Below are positions 50,709 through 61,814 of a DNA stretch of 64,000 nucleotides, one piece after another; position 1 is the first letter of the stretch; the number at the start of each line of letters is the position of its first letter. Source of the DNA: Euprymna scolopes (taxonomy: Eukaryota); assembly GCA_053919585.1 (NCBI GenBank), contig CM132803.1; one strand, 5' to 3'. The notes below the pieces were generated by a model. The model was not told the DNA's origin, did not search any database, and worked only from the letters and a program-made list of their open reading frames with translations. The translations under genes were made by a program, and so were the position numbers.

Positions 50709-53102
50709 ATGGTACTAAAGGAATTATTTGTACTGGTTTGGATGATAAATGCTTGTATGTGTACAGATTTTACATATAATGTGGAAGAAGGAAAAAGTCC
50801 AGATATTTATGTTGGTGATGTTGCTGCTGATTCACATGTGATTAAGGATATTGCTGAGTCTGACCATAAACTCATTGGATTCAGCCTTCTTCATAAAGGG
50901 GCTACTGCGAATTCTCCATTATTTAGAATATCGAAAAGAACTGGAAAACTATACACTGCACAACCATTAGATGCAGAATCTCTTTGTATTTATAAAAAAG
51001 AATGTTTTCAGATGGTGGATGTTGCAGTTAGAAAATCAACAACTGTTTTCAAGTTATTAGAAATCAAAGTAATAATACAGGATATCAATGATCATCAGCC
51101 AGAGTTTCCGGATAAACAAGTTAATGTGAAATTTAATGAAGATGTTGCCATAGGAACTAAAGTATCAATACCAAATGCTATAGACAAAGATGTAGGAATC
51201 ATTAATTCCCAAATTACTTATGAACTAAAAAATACCAAAGATGAACCTTTCATATTATCTACAATGAAGAAAATTGATGGAACAACTGATCTGAGTATAG
51301 AATTAAAACGACTTCTCAACAGAGAAAACAAGGATTCTTATACAATTCAAGTAATTGCAAAAGATGGAGGATCCCCACCAAAACAAAGTGCATTAACTGT
51401 TCACATTTCAATCACAGATGTAAATGATAATGCACCAATATTTTCTAAAAAGGTTTATAATGTTTCTATTGACAGCAAACACAATGAAGCCAAACCAGTT
51501 GTCATATTATCTGCTAAAGATTTAGATTCTGGAGAAAATGGTAAAGTAAAATATCATATTACGGCAAAAACAACTGAAAGCACAAGAAAGACATTTCATT
51601 TAAATGAAATTACTGGAGAATTATTTTTAAATAAAAAAGACATATTAAATAAGGAAGTAATATATGAATTATATGTAGAAGCGAGAGATGGAGGTAATCC
51701 ACCTTTACGATCATTAGCCATGGTTTTTGTAAATGTTATGAACCAGCAAAATAAAGCTCCATTAATAGATGTGAACTTTTTTTCCACATCCAGGGAAAAT
51801 ACAGTTGATGTTTCTGAAAATATAAAAGTTGGTAGTTTCATTGCTTATGTGAAAGTAAGTGATGAGGATGCTGGTCAGAATGGAGAAGTGAACTGTGAAA
51901 TAAAACATGATAAATTTCAATTGCAAAACATGGGAACCAAGAAATACCAAGTTATAGTGAAAACTCTTTTAGACAGGGAAACTGAAGATCATCACAGTAT
52001 AATTATCAAATGTCAAGACAAAGGATCTCCTCCTCTTCAAAGCAAAAGGACATTTTCTGTACATGTGATTGATGTTAATGATGTAGAACCAGTGTTTTCT
52101 AAACAATTATTTAAATTCTTCATTGATGAAAACCAGAGATCGAAAATTCCTATTGGCACAATCAATGCCACAGATCCAGACTTGGGACTTGGAGGTAAAC
52201 TGTCTTTTTCTTTAGTGAGCACCAATAAACAATTTGTACCATTTCGAATCACTGAAAATGGATTAATCTCTTCAATTATGTCTTTAGACCATGAGTTTCA
52301 AGATACTTATAATTTTGAAGTGTTTGTAAAAGACAAAGGAAGTCCATCATTGAATAACACAGTGAATGTGATTGTTAAGGTGAGAGATGAAAATGATAAT
52401 GCTCCATATTTCACATTTCCCAGTGTTAATCCTTATAATATGGATGTAACATATTACCCGCATCATACAAAGAACATCAGCCAGATAAAGGCATCAGACA
52501 GTGACAGTCAAGAGAATGCATTTCTGAAATATGAAATAATCAGAGGCAATAGCAAACAGATATTCAGCATCAACCAGTACACTGGTTTGTTATGTTCAAC
52601 TCATGTCCTAAGCCAACAAGATGCTGGCTCATATGAGCTGGAGTTTCTAGTGAAGGACAGTGGTAGCCCAGTTCTATCAGCCAGAACTACTGTATATTTG
52701 ACACTGACCGTAAGCAACAAGACATCAGAAATGTTAAATGCTGTTAACATCAAAAAAGATAACAAGATCCACCTGACTTCAGCAATTATCATTGTGTCTG
52801 TAGCAGTGACAATAGCTGTGATCATTACAGCTTCAATCTCAGTGTGTATCCTTCGCTGTTGCAATCCTCGAAGTGTTCCAGTAGCAGAAGGCGGATATGT
52901 GAGTAGTGGTCAGAGACATTTGATAAGTCCTCCTTACCCAGCCAATCCTTGGTCTAATGTTGCTCTTCCTACAAGTGATGCAGTTGATATGAGAAGAAGC
53001 AGTCAACCACCAACACCCAGAATGCAAACACATCCTTACTCAAATGCTCAACAAATGCTGTCATCTCAAGCACCAAAACCAGCTTCAGACTCTATTTCTC
53101 AG
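50709..53102 (+). CDS. Pcdh: Protocadherin gene 6, exon 2 CDS; spliced protein 940 aa
   Basis: ATG 50709; acceptor at 50655; six EC repeats and TM; donor CAG|GTAATA. Confidence 0.95.
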
Positions 53103-53162
53103 GTAATAAATTTATAAATTGTATTGATATTTTTTAAACTGTGTTTTTCTTTTTGAAACAGT

Positions 53163-53193
<31 letters not shown>

Positions 53194-54237
53194 GGGCATG
53201 TGTGTGTGTGCATACATAAATATATATGTATATAAAAATGCATNNNNNNNNNNNNNNNNNNNNNNNNNNNNNNNNNNNNNNNNNNNNNNNNNNNNNNNNN
53301 NNNNNNNNNNNNNNNNNNNNNNNNNNNNNNNNNNNNNNNNNNNNNNNNNNNNNNNNNNNNNNNNNNNNNNNNNNNNNNNNNNNNNNNNNNNNNNNNNNNN
53401 NNNNNNNNNNNNNNNNNNNNNNNNNNNNNNNNNNNNNNNNNNNNNNNNNNNNNNNNNNNNNNNNNNNNNNNNNNNNNNNNNNNNNNNNNNNNNNNNNNNN
53501 NNNNNNNNNNNNNNNNNNNNNNNNNNNNNNNNNNNNNNNNNNNNNNNNNNNNNNNNNNNNNNNNNNNNNNNNNNNNNNNNNNNNNNNNNNNNNNNNNNNN
53601 NNNNAGCTGAGTGTCCAGTCAAACCTAGAACAATTTTACTGGTTACCCTTACACATCCTTAGGACAGATTACATGCAAGTCAAATCTGTTAGGAATCCAA
53701 ATAATAGTATCTACATAGAAGACAAACATTTCACTTTATTATGTAGATAAATGTTTTATTATTTCCCATAAAATGGCTTCATGACAGATTTCTTCTGACA
53801 TCCTCTTCTCATTCGTATTTTTATTTGTGATGTTTTGTTCAATTTCAGAACAATTTATTTTTAAATGAATTAGATCGAAATTTTTTATAACAAGCAACAC
53901 CAGATAATTATCAATCACTGTTGATAGTAATGATGTACAAGAGTATTATTTCACAAATTTTTATAATTTTGTCAGGCAAAATATTTACTTTTTTTATCTC
54001 CATTTTACTTATGAGATTGTATGGCTTTTGTAAAAATGTAGGTTTACTTTGATTTTTGATTGTTGAATAATTTCAACAAATTATAATCTTCACCATTTTT
54101 CAAATAATTTGCTAAACTTCTGTTATACAAATCTATTAAGCAAAAATGCATTACAAAATTCCTTATTAGCTCTGTTTTTTTTTCAAAGAACACATTCATT
54201 CATTATATCATTAATCATTATTTTCCATTACCATTAG

Positions 54238-54400
54238 ATGTATATTCAAGATGTTGCTTTGCCCTCTGGTGGAAACAGAAATAAGAAAAGGATTGACTCA
54301 ACACAAGATTATTCCAGTCAAAGTTCCATAAAATCTTCTCACTATAATGACGGACAGGGTTGGAATGATGCTGACTTAAAACAAACAGACGCCATGGGAG
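54238..54400 (+). CDS. Pcdh: Protocadherin gene 6, exon 3 (absent from the ORF track)
   Basis: ccatTAG|ATG; manual translation MYIQDVALPSGGNRNKKRIDSTQDYSSQSSIKSSHYNDGQGWNDADLKQTDAMG; donor GGAG|GTTAGT. Confidence 0.88.
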
Positions 54401-55556
54401 GTTAGTTACAATAATAAGATATTATCAGATAGTGATCTTGGTTCATCTTTGAATTATTTTATAGTTCATTTATATAAGACTCATTTTAAATTTTATTTGT
54501 GATTTTTATGTAGAAAAAACTATTTCATTTATTTATACAGAATACAGAATCAAACTTTTATTATTGATAAAACCTTTGAATATTAAATACACATTTTTTA
54601 CTCATATTTCATTTACTCATTGTTCTTTTGCTCTGTAAGAAAAGAGCATTGATAAGTAATTGTTATTTAATATGTTAGGTCAAAAATAAAACCAACCTAA
54701 TTGTTTCTGAATTATGAATATATTCATGACATATAAAACAATTTGCAAATCTCAGCTTGCATTATAATTATTGATGCTTTTGATTGAAAATTATTTTTTA
54801 ATGTAATAATTGGAATGCAAAAATACATAGGCTTACAAATATTAAATGACAATTTTATAAATATGTTTTACTTTGATAGCTCTAATTTTTAAGTTTGATT
54901 TGCCCATGTGACTAATTTAAGCTATATAAAAATATATTTATTATCTGATCAATTTTGAATAGAAATTGTTTTGATACAAACAGAAAAGGAAGCTTCAACC
55001 AACCTGATTCAATTAATTAATGAAACCTCTATTGAATTTATTTTTTTATATTATTAATTTTTCTAATCAAGTCTGTGATACATTGTAATGTTATTGAAGT
55101 AGATTTATTTTTTATATTTCAAATTCACACTAGCTCTTTTGAATGAAAGAAACATATCTATTTACTGAAGTGATTTTTAAAGTTAAATGTTATAAAAAAA
55201 GATATGAAAATGCTTAGTTACATCGTTAATTTAATCAGGAAATAGTTGTACAATAGTTGACATGAGATAGAGAACTTAATATAACTTATTAGGTACAATA
55301 GAAAAGTGGCGCGTTTTGTTTTGTATCTATAATTTCTATTGCATGTTTATAGTAAATGTTTCATTATTATAAAATCTCTCATGTTTTAAACAATCATATT
55401 TTTCAAAGCAGTTAGTTTATTATTTTAACTCCATTATGAATATGTTTATTTCAGTCTACTTATATTTGTTTAAAATATAGAATTTTCATAGAATTTTCTT
55501 TGCAAATATTTTTTCAGATTTAATGATTACTAGATTAACAATGAATCATTGTGTCA

Positions 55557-55606
<50 letters not shown>

Positions 55607-56017
55607 AAAGTATATAATTTCTTAACTTTGATATTGATTTTTACTATGATCAAAGTCCAATGATTTCCCTCTCTACTCTTTTCCCTCTTTTAATTATTTA
55701 TCGCACTTCATTCCTTTCACCACTTCTCTTACAATTCCCCTTTATTCATGTTATTTGCCCATCTTCATACTACCTAAAACATTTATTTACAAATACAATG
55801 TGCACAATGACAAGAAAGCAAGCAAGATAATAAACATTAGAGCTTTAGTAGTAGATAAATTTTGAATTTAATTTACAATTATATCATTTCGACATAACAT
55901 AGTTTTCATGATCATAATTGTAGTATCAAATATTGTATAAAAAGTATGAAGTTTTTATATCGTTTCTGTTTGATCATAAATTGGAAGCTAGTTTATTTTC
56001 TTTCATTTTATTTTCAG

Positions 56018-56283
56018 GTGTATATACTTCACAATATTGCAACCCTCCTCCTTTGCATAATGAACAACAAACAGAGATGCGACCTTTGGGACAGACTTCC
56101 AATTACCCAAGCGATACTACAATTGTGGCCAGGAGGTTTTATACACCGTATCTGAATGAGAAAAATCCTAGTCAAGATAGCAATAGTGGTAGCTCTTCTC
56201 ATAGAAATATACAATCAAGAACTGTATCTACAAGTGGTAGTCAGACTTCCATCAATAGACCACTGCCACCTGTGCCTCACTAG
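56018..56283 (+). CDS. Pcdh: Protocadherin gene 6, terminal exon 4
   Basis: ttttCAG|GT GTA TAT; VYTSQYCNPPP...RPLPPVPH*; total CDS 2823 nt. Confidence 0.9.
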
Positions 56284-57271
56284 GTCCTTTCCTGCTGAAA
56301 TAATGGACATTTAAAAAAAATTGTAATCGTTTTTAAAAACAAAACAAATCGTTTAAATTTAATTTACGTTAAAATATATTTTAGTTAAAATTAATTGTAC
56401 ACTTGAGACTGTAAATAATGATCGCATTTTTCTATTCTTTTGAATTACGCTTATGGTCACACACATGTGCATATACAGACATATATCTTCTTTTAAAAAA
56501 GTTCACACTAAAAGTAGAAAAAAATGTTTTAAAAACCAATGAAATGGTATTTATTTTAACGCTATTTTACAGTGCTCAATATTACAGATTAAAAACATAA
56601 CACAATTTTTTAAGTTAGGATCTTAGCTAAAATTTTTAAAAACTTAAAAAAATTTTAAAGCATGAACAAATTTCAAAATCTGAGAAATATATGTGAATAA
56701 TTTAATATTCACATGATTATTTATTAATTATAAGTTATCATTCCATACATTATTTAGACAACATTAGAACTTTTATGTTTTCAATTTAATAATCATTATT
56801 CATCATATAAAAATATTTTTTTTGTGATTCTATACTTCTTTAAAACTATTAAACATTTCTAATTTAGTTGCGTTTAATTATATGATGATTTACGTTTTTT
56901 TTATAAATAAATTAAAGCAACTAATCATTTTTATAAAGGAATAGTTACAAATTTAGAAAATAATATAATTTAACATTATTTGTAAACAGCAGTTTTACTT
57001 TATTTATTTATTTTCAAGTTATATTTGTTGTATTGATTGAAGATCAGAACAATAAAATAAATGAGAAAATAATGAGAAAATATTCAAATAAAATTATATC
57101 ATAATCATTTCGGCTCTTAAGGTATTTTAATATTCTGACTTTTACTTCTTTAAATCAATAACAACAAAATCATTTTGACGTACAGCCTGATAGTTGTGTT
57201 AGCCTAGAATGAAAAAGAAAGAAAGAAAGAAAGAAGAAAATAAACTATGATGAATGCAACTTACTTTACAC

Positions 57272-57546
57272 TGCATTCTGGGAGATCGTTTTGCTTTTTT
57301 AGCCAAGTTTAATTATTTTTTAATAAATATATTTTAGAATAATTATGAACAAAATTAAATAGATTCTAGCATTTGTAGGAATTAAATCATCAGTTTTAAT
57401 ACTAAATGCTGTATATAGAGCAATGGAAAGCTTGTAGCAGCCATTTTGCAAGTAATATATTAAATAGGACTACTTGGACATGAATTAAGAATCCATGCTT
57501 TTGTTGATATAGTTGCCATCCGATATGAACAAGTTTAATAAAAAGG
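57272..57546 (+). promoter_or_regulatory. Putative promoter and non-coding exon 1 of gene 7
   Basis: TGCATTCTGGGA 57272-57283; GCAGCCATTTT 57437-57447; donor AAGG|GTAAGT at 57546/57547; acceptor ttaCAG| at 58453. Confidence 0.65.
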
Positions 57547-58513
57547 GTAAGTTGATTTTTTCAGATAATATTTATTCTCTATTTTCTTTGTCTTTTGTTA
57601 TACTTGGCACAAAAAAGATTAGAAATAGAAGCAGGCCAAATATTAACTACAAAGAAAAATAATGTACAGTCTATATTGTCATTTTCATTAAGGCTTTTCT
57701 TTGATTTTATAGTATATTCTGTTTATATATTTCTGGTTGATTTTTAATTCGATTAGTATATTTATTACTAATAATTATGCATTTCTAATATATATATTTT
57801 TTTTTTTAATTCTGAATTTATTTTAATCATTTTTGCCTTATTCTGAGCTAACTGTTGTTTTTTATATATTGCCTGTTTGATAATGATATAATTTGATCAA
57901 TTTAAATGTAAAATAATTGAAATTTTTGAGATGAGGATTAATAATTTATTTCGATTATTTGGACTACTGTTCTCGGTTTGAGTGTTATTCTCACAACGTT
58001 TTGAGCAATGTAATCTCTGACCATTTTCAGGTGTATCTTGTCGAATTAGAATGTGTACGGAATTTTTAACAGAACCTTTCTGAATAATTAAAAAATACTA
58101 ACTAGTGCATGTTCATATAAATATGTGTTTAAAACATTTTAAATCAAACCCAGATACATCAATTTAAAGTTGCCATTTTTATAAACATATACAATTTTAA
58201 GTTTCTTTCTATATTAATCAGAAAATATGAAAATACACTTTTATAATTGTATAATTACACTTTGGTGGGTGTTCATTTTTTAAAAAATTTTTTTAGATAT
58301 TCATGATTTTTAATTAACAATATAACGTTAGATGTATGTTTATTTTGATAAAAATGTAAAACATAAATAGATATTTTCATAATAGAATTATTATAAGAAT
58401 ATATTTTTTAGTTTCTTCATTATTAATAGATTTATTTATCTTTTAAATTACAGAGATTTCTAATGTGGAAAATTCAATCCAGAACAAAACAGAAAGTACA
58501 TTAAAAGATTAGG

Positions 58514-60893
58514 ATGATGACAAGACTAGCATTTTTCCTACTTTCTGTTTTGCACATTTCATTCTGTGTGGACCTTACATATCATATAGAAGAAGGGAAA
58601 AGCCCTGGTGCTTATATTGGAGACATTTCTTCAGATCCTCAAGTGATAAAAGACATTTCAACTGAAGATAAAAAATCTATTCAGTTCAATCTTCTATTAC
58701 AAGCTGAAACTGGTACGTCTCCATTATTTGATATCTCAAAGAAATCGGGAAAACTGTACACATCCCAAACTTTGGATGCTGAATCAATGTGTATTTTCAA
58801 AAAAGAATGTTTTCAAATGATTGATGTTGCTATTCAAAAGGGAACAACTGTTATTACATTATTAGAAGTCAAAGTCATCATTCAAGATATCAATGACCAT
58901 CAACCTGAGTTTCCTGATAAGCAGATTAAAATTAATTTGAATGAGGATGTAAAAAAAGGAACAAAAGTTTTAATTCCCAATGCTATAGATCAAGATGTCA
59001 GTGTGAGAAATTCCAAAATTAAGTATGAACTACAAACACATAAACAGGAACCATTTACATTATTGGTTTCAAAGAATCTTGATGAATCTTCAAAACTTCA
59101 ACTAACTCTAAATGAAGAACTTGACAGGGAAACTAAAAATTTATATAACATTCAAGTAATTGCTAAAGATAGTGGTTTACCACCAAAACAAAGCATTTTA
59201 GATGTTCACGTTTCTGTTATTATTCTTCTCCCAGAATATTTATAATGTTTCTATTCAAAATATACATGACAAAACAAAACCAGTTGCCATTATTTCAGCT
59301 ACAGATTTAGATTCAGGTAAAAACAGTAAAATCCAGTATCATTACAGCACAAAAACTCTGGATTTTGCAAAACAGTTATTCCAACTAAATGAAGAGAATG
59401 GTGAAATTCTTTTGAATAAGAATCCAACTTTAGGACAACAATCAACTTACGAGTTGTATGTTCAAGCGAAAGATGGAGGAAATCCTTCTTTAAGTTCTAT
59501 TGCTATAGTCCACATCAATGTGATCAACCAAGAAAATAATCCACCAAAAATAAAAGTGACTTTTGTCTCCACATCATGGGACAATACAGTGGAGATTTCT
59601 GAAAACATCAAAGTAGGAAGTTTCATTGCTTATGTGAAAGTGAGCGACCAAGATGAAGGACAGAATGGGGAAGTAAAATGTGAACTAAACCATGATAAAT
59701 TTCAGCTTCGTATTATGGACAAGCAAAAATATCAAGTAATTGTAAAAAGTACATTAGACAGAGAAAAAGAGGAACAACATGACATCATCATCATTTGTAA
59801 AGATAAAGGATCTCCTCCTTTGAAAAGTAAAAGCAGGTTCTCAATTAAAGTGACAGATTTCAATGATGTACAACCACAATTTTCTAAACAGTCATTTGAA
59901 TTCTTCATTGATGAAAACCAAAGATCGAAAATTCCTATTGGCACAATCAATGCCACAGATCCAGACTTAGGACTTGGAGGTAAACTGTCTTTTTCTTTAG
60001 TGAGCACCAATAAACAATTTGTACCATTTCGCATCACTGAAAATGGATTAATCTCTTCAATTATGTCTTTAGACCATGAGTTTCAAGATACTTATAATTT
60101 TGAAGTGTTTGTAAAAGACAAAGGAAGTCCATCATTGAATAACACAGTGAATGTGATTGTTAAGGTGAGAGATGAAAATGATAATGCTCCATATTTCACA
60201 TTTCCCAGTGTTAATCCTTATAATATGGATGTAACATATTACCCGCATCATACAAAGAACATCAGCCAGATAAAGGCATCAGACAGTGACAGTCAAGAGA
60301 ATGCATTTCTAAAATATGAAATAATCAGAGGCAATAGCAAACAGATATTCAGCATCAACCAGTACACTGGTTTGTTATGTTCAACTCATGTCCTAAGCCA
60401 ACAAGATGCTGGCTCATATACGCTGGAGTTTCTAGTGAAGGACAGTGGTAGCCCAGTTCTATCAGCCAGAACTACTGTATATTTGACACTGACCGTAAGC
60501 AACAAGACATCAGAAATGTTAAATGCTGTTAACATCAAAAAAGATAACAAGATCCACCTGACTTCAGCAATTATCATTGTGTCTGTAGCAGTGACAATAG
60601 CTGTGATCATTACAGCTTCAATCTCAGTGTGTATCCTTCGCTGTTGCAATCCTCGAAGTGTTCCAGTAGCAGAAGGCGGATATGTGAGTAGTGGTCAGAG
60701 ACATTTGATAAGTCCTCCTTACCCAGCCAATCCTTGGTCTAATGTTGCTCTTCCTACAAGTGATGCAGTTGATATGAGAAGAAGCAGTCAACCACCAACA
60801 CCCAGAATGCAAACTCATCCTTACTCAAGTGCTCAACAAATACTATCTTCTCAAGGATCAAAACCACAACCAGCCTCAAATGATGCATCGCAG
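58514..60893 (+). pseudogene. Pcdh: Protocadherin gene 7, exon 2, frameshifted by a 20-bp deletion at ~59221 (recent pseudogene, null allele or assembly error)
   Basis: Relative to gene 2 it lacks GATGTCAATGATAATCCACC (the DVNDNPP linker), which splits the CDS into ORFs 58514-59245 and 59202-60938. The rest is intact, with donor CAG|GTAGGA at 60893. Tail exons were not found before the window end. Confidence 0.8.
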
Positions 60894-61408
60894 GTAGGAT
60901 TACTTTTTATTGTAATTCATTTGTTTAAATTACTATAATATATCTGCCGAAAGGCTTTTGTATTTAAAATTAACTATTAAACAGTAACTTTACAACATAT
61001 TTCCTTTATTCTTCAATTACATATCTAATATCTTTCATTGCAATTTGTATCATGCCTTTGTATCATGTTTAACTTCTCAAGATCATTTTAGCAGTTTTCC
61101 AAGTTATTTAAAACTTTATTTTAATATAAAATTCAGGATAAATGCTCATATTAAACTACAAGTGAATAAATTAAATTAAATTTTTTATTCAAGCTTCAAG
61201 AAAATTTGTCTCTTCACAACAGAAATATGCAGTTTTGATTTTCTGGAATTTCATGTATTCTATTTACTAACTTCAGTTGTTTTATGCTTTAAATTGACTT
61301 ATGTCTTAATAGAAGTACTCCTTTAATTCTATCTTATTATTTTCCAAATTTAATTCTTAGTTTATATTTTTTATCGAACCAATATTATTTTTTTTAACAT
61401 TTTGCACC

Positions 61409-61814
61409 ATTGTTTTAAAACACAGATTTTTATTGAAATTGTTTTAAAACACAGATTTTTATTGAAATTGTTTTAAAACATAGATTTTTATTGAAATTGT
61501 TTTAAAACATAGATTTTTATTGAAATTGTTTTAAAACATAGATTTTTATTGAAATTGTATTAAAACATAGATTTTTATTGAAATTGTTTTAAAACACAGA
61601 TTTTTATTGAAATTGTTTTAAAACACAGATTTTTATTGAAATTGTTTTAAAACACAGATTTTTATTGAAATTGTTTTAAAACACAGATTTTTATTGAAAT
61701 TGTTTTAAAACACAGATTTTTATTGAAATTGTTTTAAAACATAGATTTTTATTGAAATTGTTTTAAAACACAGATTTTTATTGAAATTGTTTTAAAACAC
61801 AGATTTTTATTGAA
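61409..61814. repeat. 29-bp minisatellite x14 in gene 7 intron 2
   Basis: ATTGTTTTAAAACAYAGATTTTTATTGAA head to tail with no spacers; each unit contains the palindrome TGTTTTAAAACA. Confidence 0.95.

Noticed and set aside
53134-53750. Long ORFs with X runs (also 5460-5654)
   Set aside because: Artefacts of N-gaps.
61409-61814. 29-bp partly palindromic repeat as a CRISPR array
   Set aside because: Units are contiguous with no unique spacers, the context is a eukaryotic intron, and there are no cas genes.
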